Translations under genes and position numbers: made by a program
Shown here: piece by piece, positions 10,609 to 22,666 of the stretch
Position numbering within the stretch: position 1 is the first letter of the stretch
Layout: every line of letters starts with the position of its first letter
DNA from: Macrostomum lignano
Lineage: Eukaryota
Length of the DNA stretch: 64,000 nt
Reading direction: 5' to 3'
NCBI GenBank assembly: GCA_002269645.1
Contig: NIVC01000244.1
Coordinates: forward strand, 328,484 to 392,483
The notes under the pieces: model-generated
The model's input: only the letters and a program-made list of their open reading frames with translations
The model's database searches: none
What the model was told of the DNA's origin: nothing

Positions 10609-13600
10609 GATTACTGCACTCGATAAGCCAAGGATTATTGCTATTAATAAACCAAGGACTACTGCACTCGATAAACCAAGGACTATTGCTCTTGGCAAAC
10701 CAAAGATTACTGCACTTGATTAATCAAGGATTATTGCTATTAATAAACCAAGGATTACGGCACTTGGAAAACCAAGGATTACTGCACTCGATAAACCAAG
10801 GACTATTGCTCTTGGCAAACCAAGGATTACTGCACTCAAGAAGCCAAGAATTATTGCACTTGGAAAACCAAGGATTAATGCACTCGATAAACCAAGGACT
10901 ATTGCTCTTGGCAAACCAAGGATTACTGCACTCAAGAAGCCAAGGATTATTGCTATTAATAAACCAAGGATTACTGCACTTGGAAAACCAAGGATTACTG
11001 CACTCGATAAACCAAGGACTATTGCTCTTGGCAAACCAAGGATTACTGCACTCAAGAAGCCAAGGATTATTGCACTTGGAAAACCAAGGATTACTGCACT
11101 CGATAAACCAAGGACTATTGCACTTGATAGGCCAAAGATTACTGCGCTTGATAAACCAAGGATTATTGCACTTGATAAACCAAGGATTATTGCACTTGAT
11201 AAGCCAAGGATTACTGCGCTTGATAAACCAAGGATTATTGCACTTGATAAACAAAGGATTATTGCACTTGATAAACAAAGGATTATTGCACTTGATAAAC
11301 AAAGGATTATTGCACTTGATAAACCAAGGATTATTGCACTTGATAAGCCAAGGATTATTGCACTTGATAAGCCATGGATTATTGCACTTGATAGTAAAGA
11401 ATGTTGCACTTGATAAGCCAAGGATTAATGCACTGGATTATTCAAGGATTATTGATATTAATAAACCAAGGACTACTGCACTCGATAAACCAAGGATTAT
11501 TGCTCTTAATAAACCAAGGATTACTGCACTTGGAAAACTAAGGATTACTGCACTCGATAAACCAAAGACTATTGCACTTGATAAACCAAGGATTATTGCA
11601 CTTGATAGGCCAAGGATTACTGCACTTGATAAACCAAGGATTATTGCACTTGATAGGCCAAAGATTACTGCGCTTGATAAACCAAGGATTATTGCAGTTG
11701 ATAAGCCAAGGATTATTGCACTTGATAAACCAAGGATTATTGCAGTTGATAAGCCAAGGATTATTGCACTTGATAAACCAAGGATTATTGCTCTTGGCAA
11801 ACCAAGGATTACTGCACTCGATAAGCCAAGGATTATTGCTCTTAATAAACCAAGGATTACTGCACTTGGAAAACTAAGGATTACTGCACTCGATAAACTA
11901 AGGATTATTGCTCTTGGCAAACCAAGGATTATTGCACTTGATAGGCCAAGGATTACTGCACTTGATAAACCAAGGATTATTGCACTTGATAAACCAAGGA
12001 TTATTGCACTTGATAAGCCAAGGATTATTGCACTTGATAGGCCAAGGATTACTGCGCTTGATAAACCAAGGACTATTGCACTTGATAAACCAAGGATTAT
12101 TGCAGTTGATAAGCCAAGGATTATTGCACTTGATAAACCAAGGATTATTGCACTTGATAAACCAAGGATTATTGCACTTGATAAACCAAGGATTATTGCA
12201 CTTGATAGGCCAAGGATTACTGCACTTGATAAACCAAGGATTATTGCACTTGATAGGCCAAAGATTACTGCGCTTGATAAACCAAGGATTATTGCAGTTG
12301 ATAAGCCAAGGATTATTGCACTTGATAAACCAAGGATTATTTCACTTGATAAACCAAGGATTATTGCACTTGATAAACAAATATTGCACTTGATAAACCA
12401 AGGATTATTGCACCTGATAAGCCAAGGATTACTGCGCTAGATAAACCAAGGATTATTGCACTTGATAAACCAAGGATTATTGCACTTAATAAACCAAGGA
12501 TTATTGCACTTGATAGGCCAAGGATTACTGCACTTGATAAACCAAGGATTATTGCACTTGATAGGCCAAAGATTACTGCGCTTGATAAACCAAGGATTAT
12601 TGCAGTTGATAAGCCAAGGATTATTGCACTTGATAAACCAAGGATTATTTCACTTGATAAACCAAGGATTATTGCACTTGATAAACAAATATTGCACTTG
12701 ATAAACCAAGGATTATTGCACCTGATAAGCCAAGGATTACTGCGCTAGATAAACCAAGGATTATTGCACTTGATAAACCAAGGATTATTGCACTTAATAA
12801 ACCAAGGATTATTGCACTTGATAGGCCAAGGATTACTGCACTTGATAAACCAAGGATTATTGCACTTGATAGGCCAAAGATTACTGCGCTTGATAAACCA
12901 AGGATTATTGCAGTTGATAAGCCAAGGATTATTGCACTTGATAAACCAAGGATTATTTCACTTGATAAACCAAGGATTATTGCACTTGATAAACAAATAT
13001 TGCACTTGATAAACCAAGGATTATTGCAGTTGATAAGCCAAGGATTATTGCACTTGATAAACCAAGGATTATTGCACTTGATAAACCAAGGATTATTGCA
13101 CTTGATAAACCAAGGATTATTGCACTTGATAAACCAAGGATTATTGCACTTGATAAACAAAGGATTATTGCACTTGATAAACCAAGGATTATTGCACTTG
13201 ATAGGCCAAGGATTACTGCACTTGATAAACCAAGGATTATTGCACTTGATAGGCCAAAGATTACTGCGCTTGATAAACCAAGGATTATTGCAGTTGATAA
13301 GCCAAGGATTATTGCACTTGATAAACCAAGGATTATTTCACTTGATAAACCAAGGATTATTGCACTTGATAAACAAATATTGCACTTGATAAACCAAGGA
13401 TTATTGCACCTGATAAGCCAAGGATTACTGCGCTAGATAAACCAAGGATTATTGCAGTTGATAAGCCAAGGATTATTGCACTTGATAAACCAAGGATTAT
13501 TTCACTTGATAAACCAAGGATTATTGCACTTGATAAACAAATATTGCACTTGATAAACCAAGGATTATTGCACCTGATAAGCCAAGGATTACTGCGCTAG

Positions 13601-13835
13601 ATAAACCAAGGATTATTGCACTTGATAAACCAAGGATTATTGCACTTAATAAACCAAGGATTATTGCACTTGATAAACCAAGGATTATTGCACTTGATAA
13701 ACCAAGGATTATTGCACTTGATAAACAAATATTGCACTTGATAAGCCAAGGATTACTGCGCTAGATAAACCAAGGATTATTGCACTTGATAAACCAAGGA
13801 TTATTGCACTTGATAAACCAAGGATTATTGCATTA
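10609..13835 (+). repeat. 24-bp minisatellite (ATTATTGCACTTGATAAACCAAGG)n in Helitron unit 1, ~130 copies
   Basis: 8-aa periodicity (HLINQGLL / DKPRIIAL) in the ORF track; a 308-bp higher-order repeat is marked by a 20-bp variant monomer. Confidence 0.97.
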
Positions 13836-13959
13836 GCTGAGAAGCTGATTACTGCGCTGTCTAAAAAAGAGATTATTGCGCTCGCTGAGACGTGGATTGT
13901 TGCACAACCTGAGAAAGCGATTATTGCATTAGCGGAAGTAACATTTGCACTAGCTACTT

Positions 13960-14352
13960 GCTGTCTCGTGGATGCTTGCTCTCGAGGGGGGATACTTGCT
14001 ATTTGGGAGAGGGGGTACTGGCTACATGCATGGGATTCTTTCTATCCAGGGATGCTTGCTATTCAGGGATTCTTGCTATCTGCAGGATGCTTGCTATTTA
14101 GGGATTCTTGCTATCTGCAGGATGCTTGCTATCTGGGTGGATGCTTCTATAATATCTGGGGGTGCTTGCTATCTGCAGGATGCTTCTATAATATCTGGGG
14201 GTGCTTGCTATCTGCAGAATGCTTGCTATCTGAGTGGATGCTTGCTATCTGGGTGGATGCTTCTATAATATCTGGGGGTGCTTGCTAATCTGCAGATGCT
14301 TGCTATCTGTGGTGATTCTTGCTATGAGCATTAGAGGATGCTTGCTATCTGC
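13960..14352 (+). repeat. Degenerate ~18-bp repeat (GATGCTTGCTATCTGCAG-like) in the Helitron 3' part; also ~16520-16910 and ~18870-19262
   Basis: Recurring TGCTTGCTATCTG core in all three units. Confidence 0.85.
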
Positions 14353-14629
14353 GATTGTTCACTTTTGGAGGGGGTTGCTTGCTGTCTTGGGAATATTTTC
14401 TATTTAGTGAAACGATATTTTGTTGACTGTTTGTTAATTTTAGAGAAAAAGTGATTTTTTAATTTTGCAAACATCTTAGTCCGTGACAATTTTACACGAA
14501 TAAGGTGATTTTTAAAATGTGAAGAAGGAATTAGTGTTTAAGAAAATGTGTTTTTTTATTGTTTTCCATGAACTATTTTTGCTCCTTTCTTATTGGGCGC
14601 CCCGAAGGGGGGCCGCACTAGATTGCTAG

Positions 14630-17188
14630 TCCATATACTAAAAATGGTCTGTTGGTATGTGTGTGTGTGTATGTGTGTGTGTGTGATCGATTTTAGCAAA
14701 AACGGCTCAACCGATTTTCTTCGAACTTGCACTGTTCAATCAGAAATTTTTCCGTGACGGTACATGCATCTTGGCTAAGAAATTGCTCAATATTAAAGGG
14801 ATTAAATATTCGAAAAACATGCTTTTTTGCAAAGGTCAAGCAGCTCTTTCGACTTGAAATGCATTGTAAGAATGCTAGCAGAAAAACTGACTGGTTGAAT
14901 TCTGATTCTGAAATAGATTGCATCACAATACACTTTATTTATCGTCTGTGTACTGGCTGAATTTGACACACAATTGAATTGCGTCACAGCTTTGAGTGTG
15001 AAAGCATAGCGCAGTACTGAATTTATATTACGTAACCATATTGTTAACTTTCATAGACACTGGTACTGACTTGCCTAAGAAATTGATTATGTCATAACTG
15101 CTTCGTATGACTTTTTACTCTACCTGACTTGGTGTGAGTGTTGAATTATATAAGTGGTACAAATTCACTGATAACTTCGATGAGAGCTAGCCTAGAGCTG
15201 AACAGACCAGACTGCTAATGCAGCGACCTGGGTTCGAATCTAAGTAGTTTAAAAGTAGTAGTGTAAAATTTTTTATTAAAAGGTTTTATTAATTAAAGGT
15301 TATTAATTAATTAATTAATTAAAATTAAACACTTAGATTACTGCACTCGATAAGCCAAGGACTATTGCTCTTGGCAAACCAAGGATTACTGCACTCAAGA
15401 AGCCAAGGATTATTGCTATTAATAAACCAAGGATTACTGCACTCGATAAACCAAGGACTATTGCTCTTGGCAAACCAAGGATTACTGCACTCAAGAAGCC
15501 AAGGATTATTGCACTTGGAAAACCAAGGATTACTGCACTCGATAAACCAAGGACTATTGCACTTGATAAACCAAGGATTATTGCACTTGATAGGCCAAGG
15601 ATTACTGCACTTGATAAACCAAGGATTATTGCACTTGATAGGCCAAAGATTACTGCGCTTGATAAACCAAGGATTATTGCAGTTGATAAGCCAAGGATTA
15701 TTGCACTTGATAAACCAAGGATTATTTCACTTGATAAATCAAGGATTATTGCACTTGATAAACAAATATTGCACTTGATAAACCAAGGATTATTGCACCT
15801 GATAAGCCAAGGATTACTGCGCTAGATAAACCAAGGATTATTGCACTTGATAAACCAAGGATTATTGCACTTAATAAACCAAGGATTATTGCACTTGATA
15901 GGCCAAGGATTACTGCACTTGATAAACCAAGGATTATTGCACTTGATAGGCCAAAGATTACTGCGCTTGATAAACCAAGGATTATTGCAGTTGATAAGCC
16001 AAGGATTATTGCACTTGATAAACCAAGGATTATTTCACTTGATAAACCAAGGATTATTGCACTTGATAAACAAATATTGCACTTGATAAACCAAGGATTA
16101 TTGCACCTGATAAGCCAAGGATTACTGCGCTAGATAAACCAAGGATTATTGCACTTGATAAACCAAGGATTATTGCACTTAATAAACCAAGGATTATTGC
16201 ACTTGATAAACCAAGGATTATTGCACTTGATAAACCAAGGATTATTGCACTTGATAAACCAAGGATTATTGCACTTGATAAACAAATATTGCACTTGATA
16301 AGCCAAGGATTACTGCGCTAGATAAACCAAGGATTATTGCACTTGATAAACCAAGGATTATTGCACTTGATAAACCAAGGATTATTGCATTAGCTGAGAA
16401 GCTGATTACTGCGCTGTCTAAAAAAGAGATTATTGCGCTCGCTGAGACGTGGATTGTTGCACAACCTGAGAAAGCGATTATTGCATTAGCGGAAGTAACA
16501 TTTGCACTAGCTACTTGCTGTCTCGTGGATGCTTGCTCTCGAGGGGGGATACTTGCTATTTGGGAGAGGGGGTACTGGCTACATGCATGGGATTCTTTCT
16601 ATCCAGGGATGCTTGCTATTCAGGGATTCTTGCTATCTGCAGGATGCTTGCTATTTAGGGATTCTTGCTATCTGCAGGATGCTTGCTATCTGGGTGGATG
16701 CTTCTATAATATCTGGGGGGTGCTTGCTATCTGCAGGATGCTTCTATAATATCTGGGGGTGCTTGCTATCTGCAGAATGCTTGCTATCTGAGTGGATGCT
16801 TGCTATCTGGGTGGATGCTTCTATAATATCTGGGGGGTGCTTGCTAATCTGCAGATGCTTGCTATCTGTGGTGATTCTTGCTATGAGCATTAGAGGATGC
16901 TTGCTATCTGCGATTGTTCACTTTTGGAGGGGGTTGCTTGCTGTCTTGGGAATATTTTCTATTTAGTGAAACGATATTTTGTTGACTGTTTGTTAATTTT
17001 AGAGAAAAAGTGATTTTTTAATTTTGCAAACATCTTAGTCCGTGACAATTTTACACGAATAAGGTGATTTTTAAAATGTGAAGAAGGAATTAGTGTTTAA
17101 GAAAATGTGTTTTTTTATTGTTTTCCATGAACTATTTTTGCTCCTTTCTTATTGGGCGCCCCGAAGGGGGGCCGCACTAGATTGCTAG
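14630..17188 (+). mobile_element. Non-autonomous Helitron, tandem unit 2 (2559 bp)
   Basis: CTAG|TC head-to-tail junctions at 14629/14630 and 17188/17189; same termini and hairpin as unit 1. Confidence 0.85.
15336..16391 (+). repeat. 24-bp minisatellite in Helitron unit 2 (~44 copies)
   Basis: Same monomer as 10609-13835. Confidence 0.97.
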
Positions 17189-19540
17189 TCCATATACTAA
17201 AAATGGTCTGTTGGTATGTGTGTGTGTGTATGTGTGTGTGTGTGATCGATTTTAGCAAAAACGGCTCAACCGATTTTCTTCGAACTTGCACTGTTCAATC
17301 AGAAATTTTTCCGTGACGGTACATGCATCTTGGCTAAGAAATTGCTCAATATTAAAGGGATTAAATATTCGAAAAACATGCTTTTTTGCAAAGGTCAAGC
17401 AGCTCTTTCGACTTGAAATGCATTGTAAGAATGCTAGCAGAAAAACTGACTGGTTGAATTCTGATTCTGAAATAGATTGCATCACAATACACTTTATTTA
17501 TCGTCTGTGTACTGGCTGAATTTGACACACAATTGAATTGCGTCACAGCTTTGAGTGTGAAAGCATAGCGCAGTACTGAATTTATATTACGTAACCATAT
17601 TGTTAACTTTCATAGACACTGGTACTGACTTGCCTAAGAAATTGATTATGTCATAACTGCTTCGTGTGACTTTTTACTCTACCTGACTTGGTGTGAGTGT
17701 TGAATTATATAAGTGGTACAAATTCACTGATAACTTCGATGAGAGCTAGCCTAGAGCTGAACAGACCAGACTGCTAATGCAGCGACCTGGGTTCGAATCT
17801 AAGTAGTTTAAAAGTAGTAGTGTAAAATTTTTTATTAAAAGGTTTTATTAATTAAAGGTTATTAATTAATTAATTAATTAAAATTAAACACTTAGATTAC
17901 TGCACTCGATAAGCCAAGGACTATTGCTCTTGGCAAACCAAGGATTACTGCACTCAAGAAGCCAAGGATTATTGCTATTAATAAACCAAGGATTACTGCA
18001 CTCGATAAACCAAGGACTATTGCTCTTGGCAAACCAAGGATTACTGCACTCAAGAAGCCAAGGATTATTGCACTTGGAAAACCAAGGATTACTGCACTCG
18101 ATAAACCAAGGACTATTGCACTTGATAAACCAAGGATTATTGCACTTGATAGGCCAAGGATTACTGCACTTGATAAACCAAGGATTATTGCACTTGATAG
18201 GCCAAAGATTACTGCGCTTGATAAACCAAGGATTATTGCGCTTGATAAACCAAGGGTTATTGCACTTGATAAGCCAAGGATTACTGCGCTTGATAAACCA
18301 AGGATTATTGCACTTGATAAACCAAGGATTATTGCTCTTGATAAACCAAGGATTATAGCACTTGATAAACCAAGGATTATTGCACTTGATAAGCCAAGGA
18401 TTATTGCACTTGATAAACCAAGGACTATTTCACTTGATAAACCAAGGATTATTGCACTTGATAAACCAAGGATTATTTCACTTGATAAACCAAGGATTAT
18501 TGCACTTGATAAGCCAAGGATTATTGCACTTGATAAACCAAGGATTATTGCACTTGATAAACCAAGGATTATTGCACTTGATAAACCAAGGATTATTGCA
18601 CTTGATAAACCAAGGATTATTGCACTTGATAAACAAATATTGCACTTGATAAGCCAAGGATTACTGCGCTAGATAAACCAAGGATTATTGCACTTGATAA
18701 ACCAAGGATTATTGCACTTGATAAACCAAGGATTATTGCATTAGCTGAGAAGCTGATTACTGCGCTGTCTAAAAAAGAGATTATTGCGCTCGCTGAGACG
18801 TGGATTGTTGCACAACCTGAGAAAGCGATTATTGCATTAGCGGAAGTAACATTTGCACTAGCTACTTGCTGTCTCGTGGATGCTTGCTCTCGAGGGGGGA
18901 TACTTGCTATTTGGGAGAGGGGGTACTGGCTACATGCATGGGATTCTTTCTATCCAGGGATGCTTGCTATTCAGGGATTCTTGCTATCTGCAGGATGCTT
19001 GCTATTTAGGGATTCTTGCTATCTGCAGGATGCTTGCTATCTGGGTGGATGCTTCTATAATATCTGGGGGGTGCTTGCTATCTGCAGGATGCTTCTATAA
19101 TATCTGGGGGGTGCTTGCTATCTGCAGAATGCTTGCTATCTGGGTGGATGCTTGCTATCTGGGTGGATGCTTCTATAATATCTGGGGGGTGCTTGCTAAT
19201 CTGCAGATGCTTGCTATCTGTGGTGATTCTTACTATGAGCATTAGAGGATGCTTGCTATCTGCGATTGTTCACTTTTGGAGGGGGTTGCTTGCTGTCTTG
19301 GGAATATTTTCTATTTAGTGAAACGATATTTTGTTGACTGTTTGTTAATTTTAGAGAAAAAGTGATTTTTTAATTTTGCAAACATCTTAGTCCGTGACAA
19401 TTTTACACGAATAAGGTGATTTTTAAAATGTGAAGAAGGAATTAGTGTTTAAGAAAATGTGTTTTTTTATTGTTTTCCATGAACTATTTTTGCTCCTTTC
19501 TTATTGGGCGCCCCGAAGGGGGGCCGCACTAGATTGCTAG
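17189..19540 (+). mobile_element. Non-autonomous Helitron, tandem unit 3 (2352 bp)
   Basis: Same termini; ends CTAG at 19540 followed by T, giving an A^T insertion site for the whole trimer. Confidence 0.85.
17895..18741 (+). repeat. 24-bp minisatellite in Helitron unit 3 (~35 copies)
   Basis: Same monomer as 10609-13835. Confidence 0.97.
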
Positions 19541-22500
19541 TTAAACGCTAAAAACGTGCTTAAATGGCTCGTGATCGCGTATTGGCTGGAGTCATTTAAT
19601 GCACGAGAAATAAATATCGTGTTACAATACTACTCAAAACCAAGTATTGAATCCTATATCCATTCCTGAACACAAAAGCGTTCAAGAATGCCATTCCTGC
19701 ATGGAAAATCAGCAGACAATGCTAAGAACACCGCCCAGCAGCCGCTAATGCAATATTCTACAATATCGCAGGCTTCGGCTTGGAAGCGGCCTGTTGCTAC
19801 GCTCTGTCCGGAGTCCAATCGGGCATAGCCGCCGTCCTGCTGTTGAATCTCGGAGTCGGAGCATCCGGCGTCACAGTGGCCGGCTGGCAGGTGAACCATC
19901 TGGACTTGGCGCCGCAATTCGCGTCGCTGCTGATTGGCATCTCTGCTAGCTTTGGCACCCTGGGCGGCATACTGTCGTCCATCGTCATTGGCGCGATGAC
20001 ACAACCGCAGGTTTGTCATGACATGCTTATAAAGCTCGTTATTCGTCGCAAAAGCTCGAAATGATTATTTTGAATTGACGTTTCTTTTCTATATAAAAAG
20101 AGCAACCTTTCAAAATGCATAAATTCCCGCCCATCCCGATGTTGCTTTTTGAAAATCTTCTTGCAGACCTTATGGAACTGGCAGAAACCGTTCATCCTGA
20201 CTGGATCAGTTCTGACCGGCGGCGTAGTTGTCTACTCACTATTGGGTTCGGGTGAGTTGTTTTCAAAGAAACTTCTGTGTGTTTTAACGACTAATTTGTG
20301 AAGCAATGTTTGTGAACATTTGATAAACTAATAACATATTTTTGAATTGCAGGTGAATTGCAGCCATGGGCAATGAAGGCGGGTGAAGGTGTAACTGACA
20401 AAATGAACGACGTGGCTGTAAGTCAGTCGGAAGAGAGGAGCACTTGCACAAAGCATCGCTGCCAAAGTACGAGTCTGCAATAATAGGCAGTGAAAGAAAG
20501 GATAATCTGTCAGAATCCAAATAACTTTAGTTGTTAAAATCATGGATGCCTTCGTCATCAGTGCTGAATGGTACGAGCTACTGAAGACTTCGTGAAAGGC
20601 TTGAAGAAGGAAGAAGGAAGGAATTTCATCTACTTGTTTCGTGCTTGTGTTTTGTTCTTGTTGTGACAATATCTTATCCATATTTATTATAAACGCATAA
20701 ATATTATTATTGGTTAATTGAGCAGTACAGAATCTATTAGTTGCTTTTATCGCATAATTACGTATTTAAATTCGTACTGCGAACGATCGCCAACCTTGTT
20801 TAAAACTCAAGGAAACTTCACTCGACTGGTTCAAGCTTGCAAGAGCGAGCCATGGCCTTGCAACTGCCTCCTCCAGGAACATTCAGTGTTAGAGAAGACG
20901 GCTGACAACCTACAGCTCTACCAGGCGGCCAGCAGCATCACCAATGAGGCCCAAAAGCGCTAAATTTAGCTTTACACAGCCGGAAAGGAAATCAGCGACT
21001 TGTACAAGGAGATCGCAAACAGCAAAACGAGTGAAAACATTGCAACAAGTATCGAGACTCTCAGAAAACAGTTTAAAGGCCTCACAAACGTCGTCTTCAT
21101 CAGATATACTCGTACCTTCCTTCAGGTACGCCTTCAGGCCTTCAGGAGAATGGTGGTACAGCGAACTGGGAAGCGTATCAAAAACGTGCCAGTTTAAAGA
21201 CACTGATCTGAAACCGAATCATAGTCTCACTCTTACTCTCTAATCATAGGCTCCGCAACGACTCTCTCTGGAGCAACTTTTAAGATACTCTACAGGCTGC
21301 AAGAACTCATGATGTAGACAAAAGAGCCAAGCTCATCATGTCGAAAAGCCCGAGGAAGTAAACATTCTGCGCCGGCGCCAGCCGGGTGGGTCGGCCCGCC
21401 AGCCGTCAAAGATCAACAGCAAGTTGATCTTGGTGTGGACAGTCTGGATACCGAAGCCGCAACAAGGCGCAGGGCAAGAAGCGCGGCAGCTGCAATCAAC
21501 TGCGACAGGTTGATTGGGTCACACTGATTCCGTTTGGACACAGATACTTGCGGGGCTTGTTTGGTGCTCTGGGTAGCTTATAGGCAGCAGAATGCGATTA
21601 AGTAATGTTGGTTGGGGTTGTCTTGAACTGCACTGGCTGGCCTGTGGTATGACTCGCTAAAACAACTTTCATAACAATTCCAATATTCAATCCTTAGATA
21701 TCACGGGCTTGTTGGTGCGGTATTCAGATTTTAGCGGAGCTACTAGGGATAATGTGAACCGGAGTTAAGGTATCAACCGCGACTTCCACCATAGCCCTCC
21801 TCCAAAGCCAATTCAATAGTTTAAATATAACGGATTTCGGCGAATTTAACACGCAGTAAAACAAATTATCACTAATCTACCTTAAAGCAAAATAATATAC
21901 GAGGCCTAAATGCGGCCTAAAAGCATAAAGATAACTATTTTAAATGAATAATGAATAAAGCATTTCGGGAATCAATTTGCCTCTCAGTTTTTTTTTTGAA
22001 AAAAAAGTAGTGACGTTGCAACATTTGGGTTTTATTTGAAGCTTTCAAATTTAAACAATAAAAAAAATGAAAGTACCTTGAATGCTGTGAAAATACATAC
22101 ATTTGATAATAAATAAAGCTTGCCGTTTCTTCGATAGATATTATACATAATATCAATAGTTTCTTAAATCGAATAGGCACGAAAATCTAGCTGATTAATT
22201 ATATGCTCGTTTTTCACATTGTTGATCATGGACATCTAAAGCATAAGGACTTCTACAATCGCTCACTTGCATACTCGTAGGCTGAATGGGGTTTCGCCAT
22301 AGACAAATTCAGACGAAAAAATCGGAGCTAGCAAATTCTGTCTGTAAAAAAATACATTAAAGAGACAGGAACAGTTGGAACTTCGTCTGGGTCTCCAGTC
22401 TCCGAAGATACTAGGAATTTAGTGCTAAAAGGATAAAGATTCCTATCTCTTAAGAACTGAAAATATATTTTGCTGCTCAGATCTGGCCTACAGCAAATAT

Positions 22501-22666
22501 GCATGATTCACTAGTGCAGAGACCTTCTGCTTTGGCTATCCGTAGTGTGGTGAGCCAATGGGCGTTAGTCTGGATAACATTCTTTTTAATCGTATTACGA
22601 AACACTAAAAAAATCGATATGAATTAACTTTAGTCTTTTATAGCTGAATCACCTTCGATGATCCTT

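Larger units (their letters stand above)
9922..14629 (+). mobile_element. Non-autonomous Helitron, tandem unit 1 (4708 bp)
   Basis: 5' TC(CAATATACTAAAAATGG) preceded by A9921; (GT)n and an AACGGCTCAACCGATTTT block near the 5' end; 3' hairpin GGCGCCCC-GAA-GGGGGGCC then CTAG; no TSD. Confidence 0.85.
6781..20483 (+). pseudogene. SLC17A: SLC17 (VGLUT/sialin-like) MFS anion transporter, 5' exons disrupted
   Basis: Exons: 6781-6915 (VGLLHAIFYIGFLVTH-VPGGYLATRIPSNR), ~7218-7335 (IFG..RLAQGLFE), 7418-7507 (GAVIPS..HDWSPRAER), 8261-8615 (GMYAG..PWRTIFTSGPVWA..), 8698-8831 (NGIFSA..VRKAF), 19772-20010 (GFGLEA..VNHLDLAPQFASLLIGIS), 20167-20251, 20353-20483 (GELQPWA). Lesions: 17-nt duplication ~6808, frameshifts ~6873/8527/8746, lost acceptor ~7217, phase mismatch 7507, TAA 8323. 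The symbol is family-level only. Confidence 0.85.

Noticed and set aside
10638-12440. 600-aa LRR-like ORF (LINQGLLH / DKPRIIAL)
   Set aside because: Translation of the 24-bp minisatellite inside a Helitron; open in several frames and on both strands.
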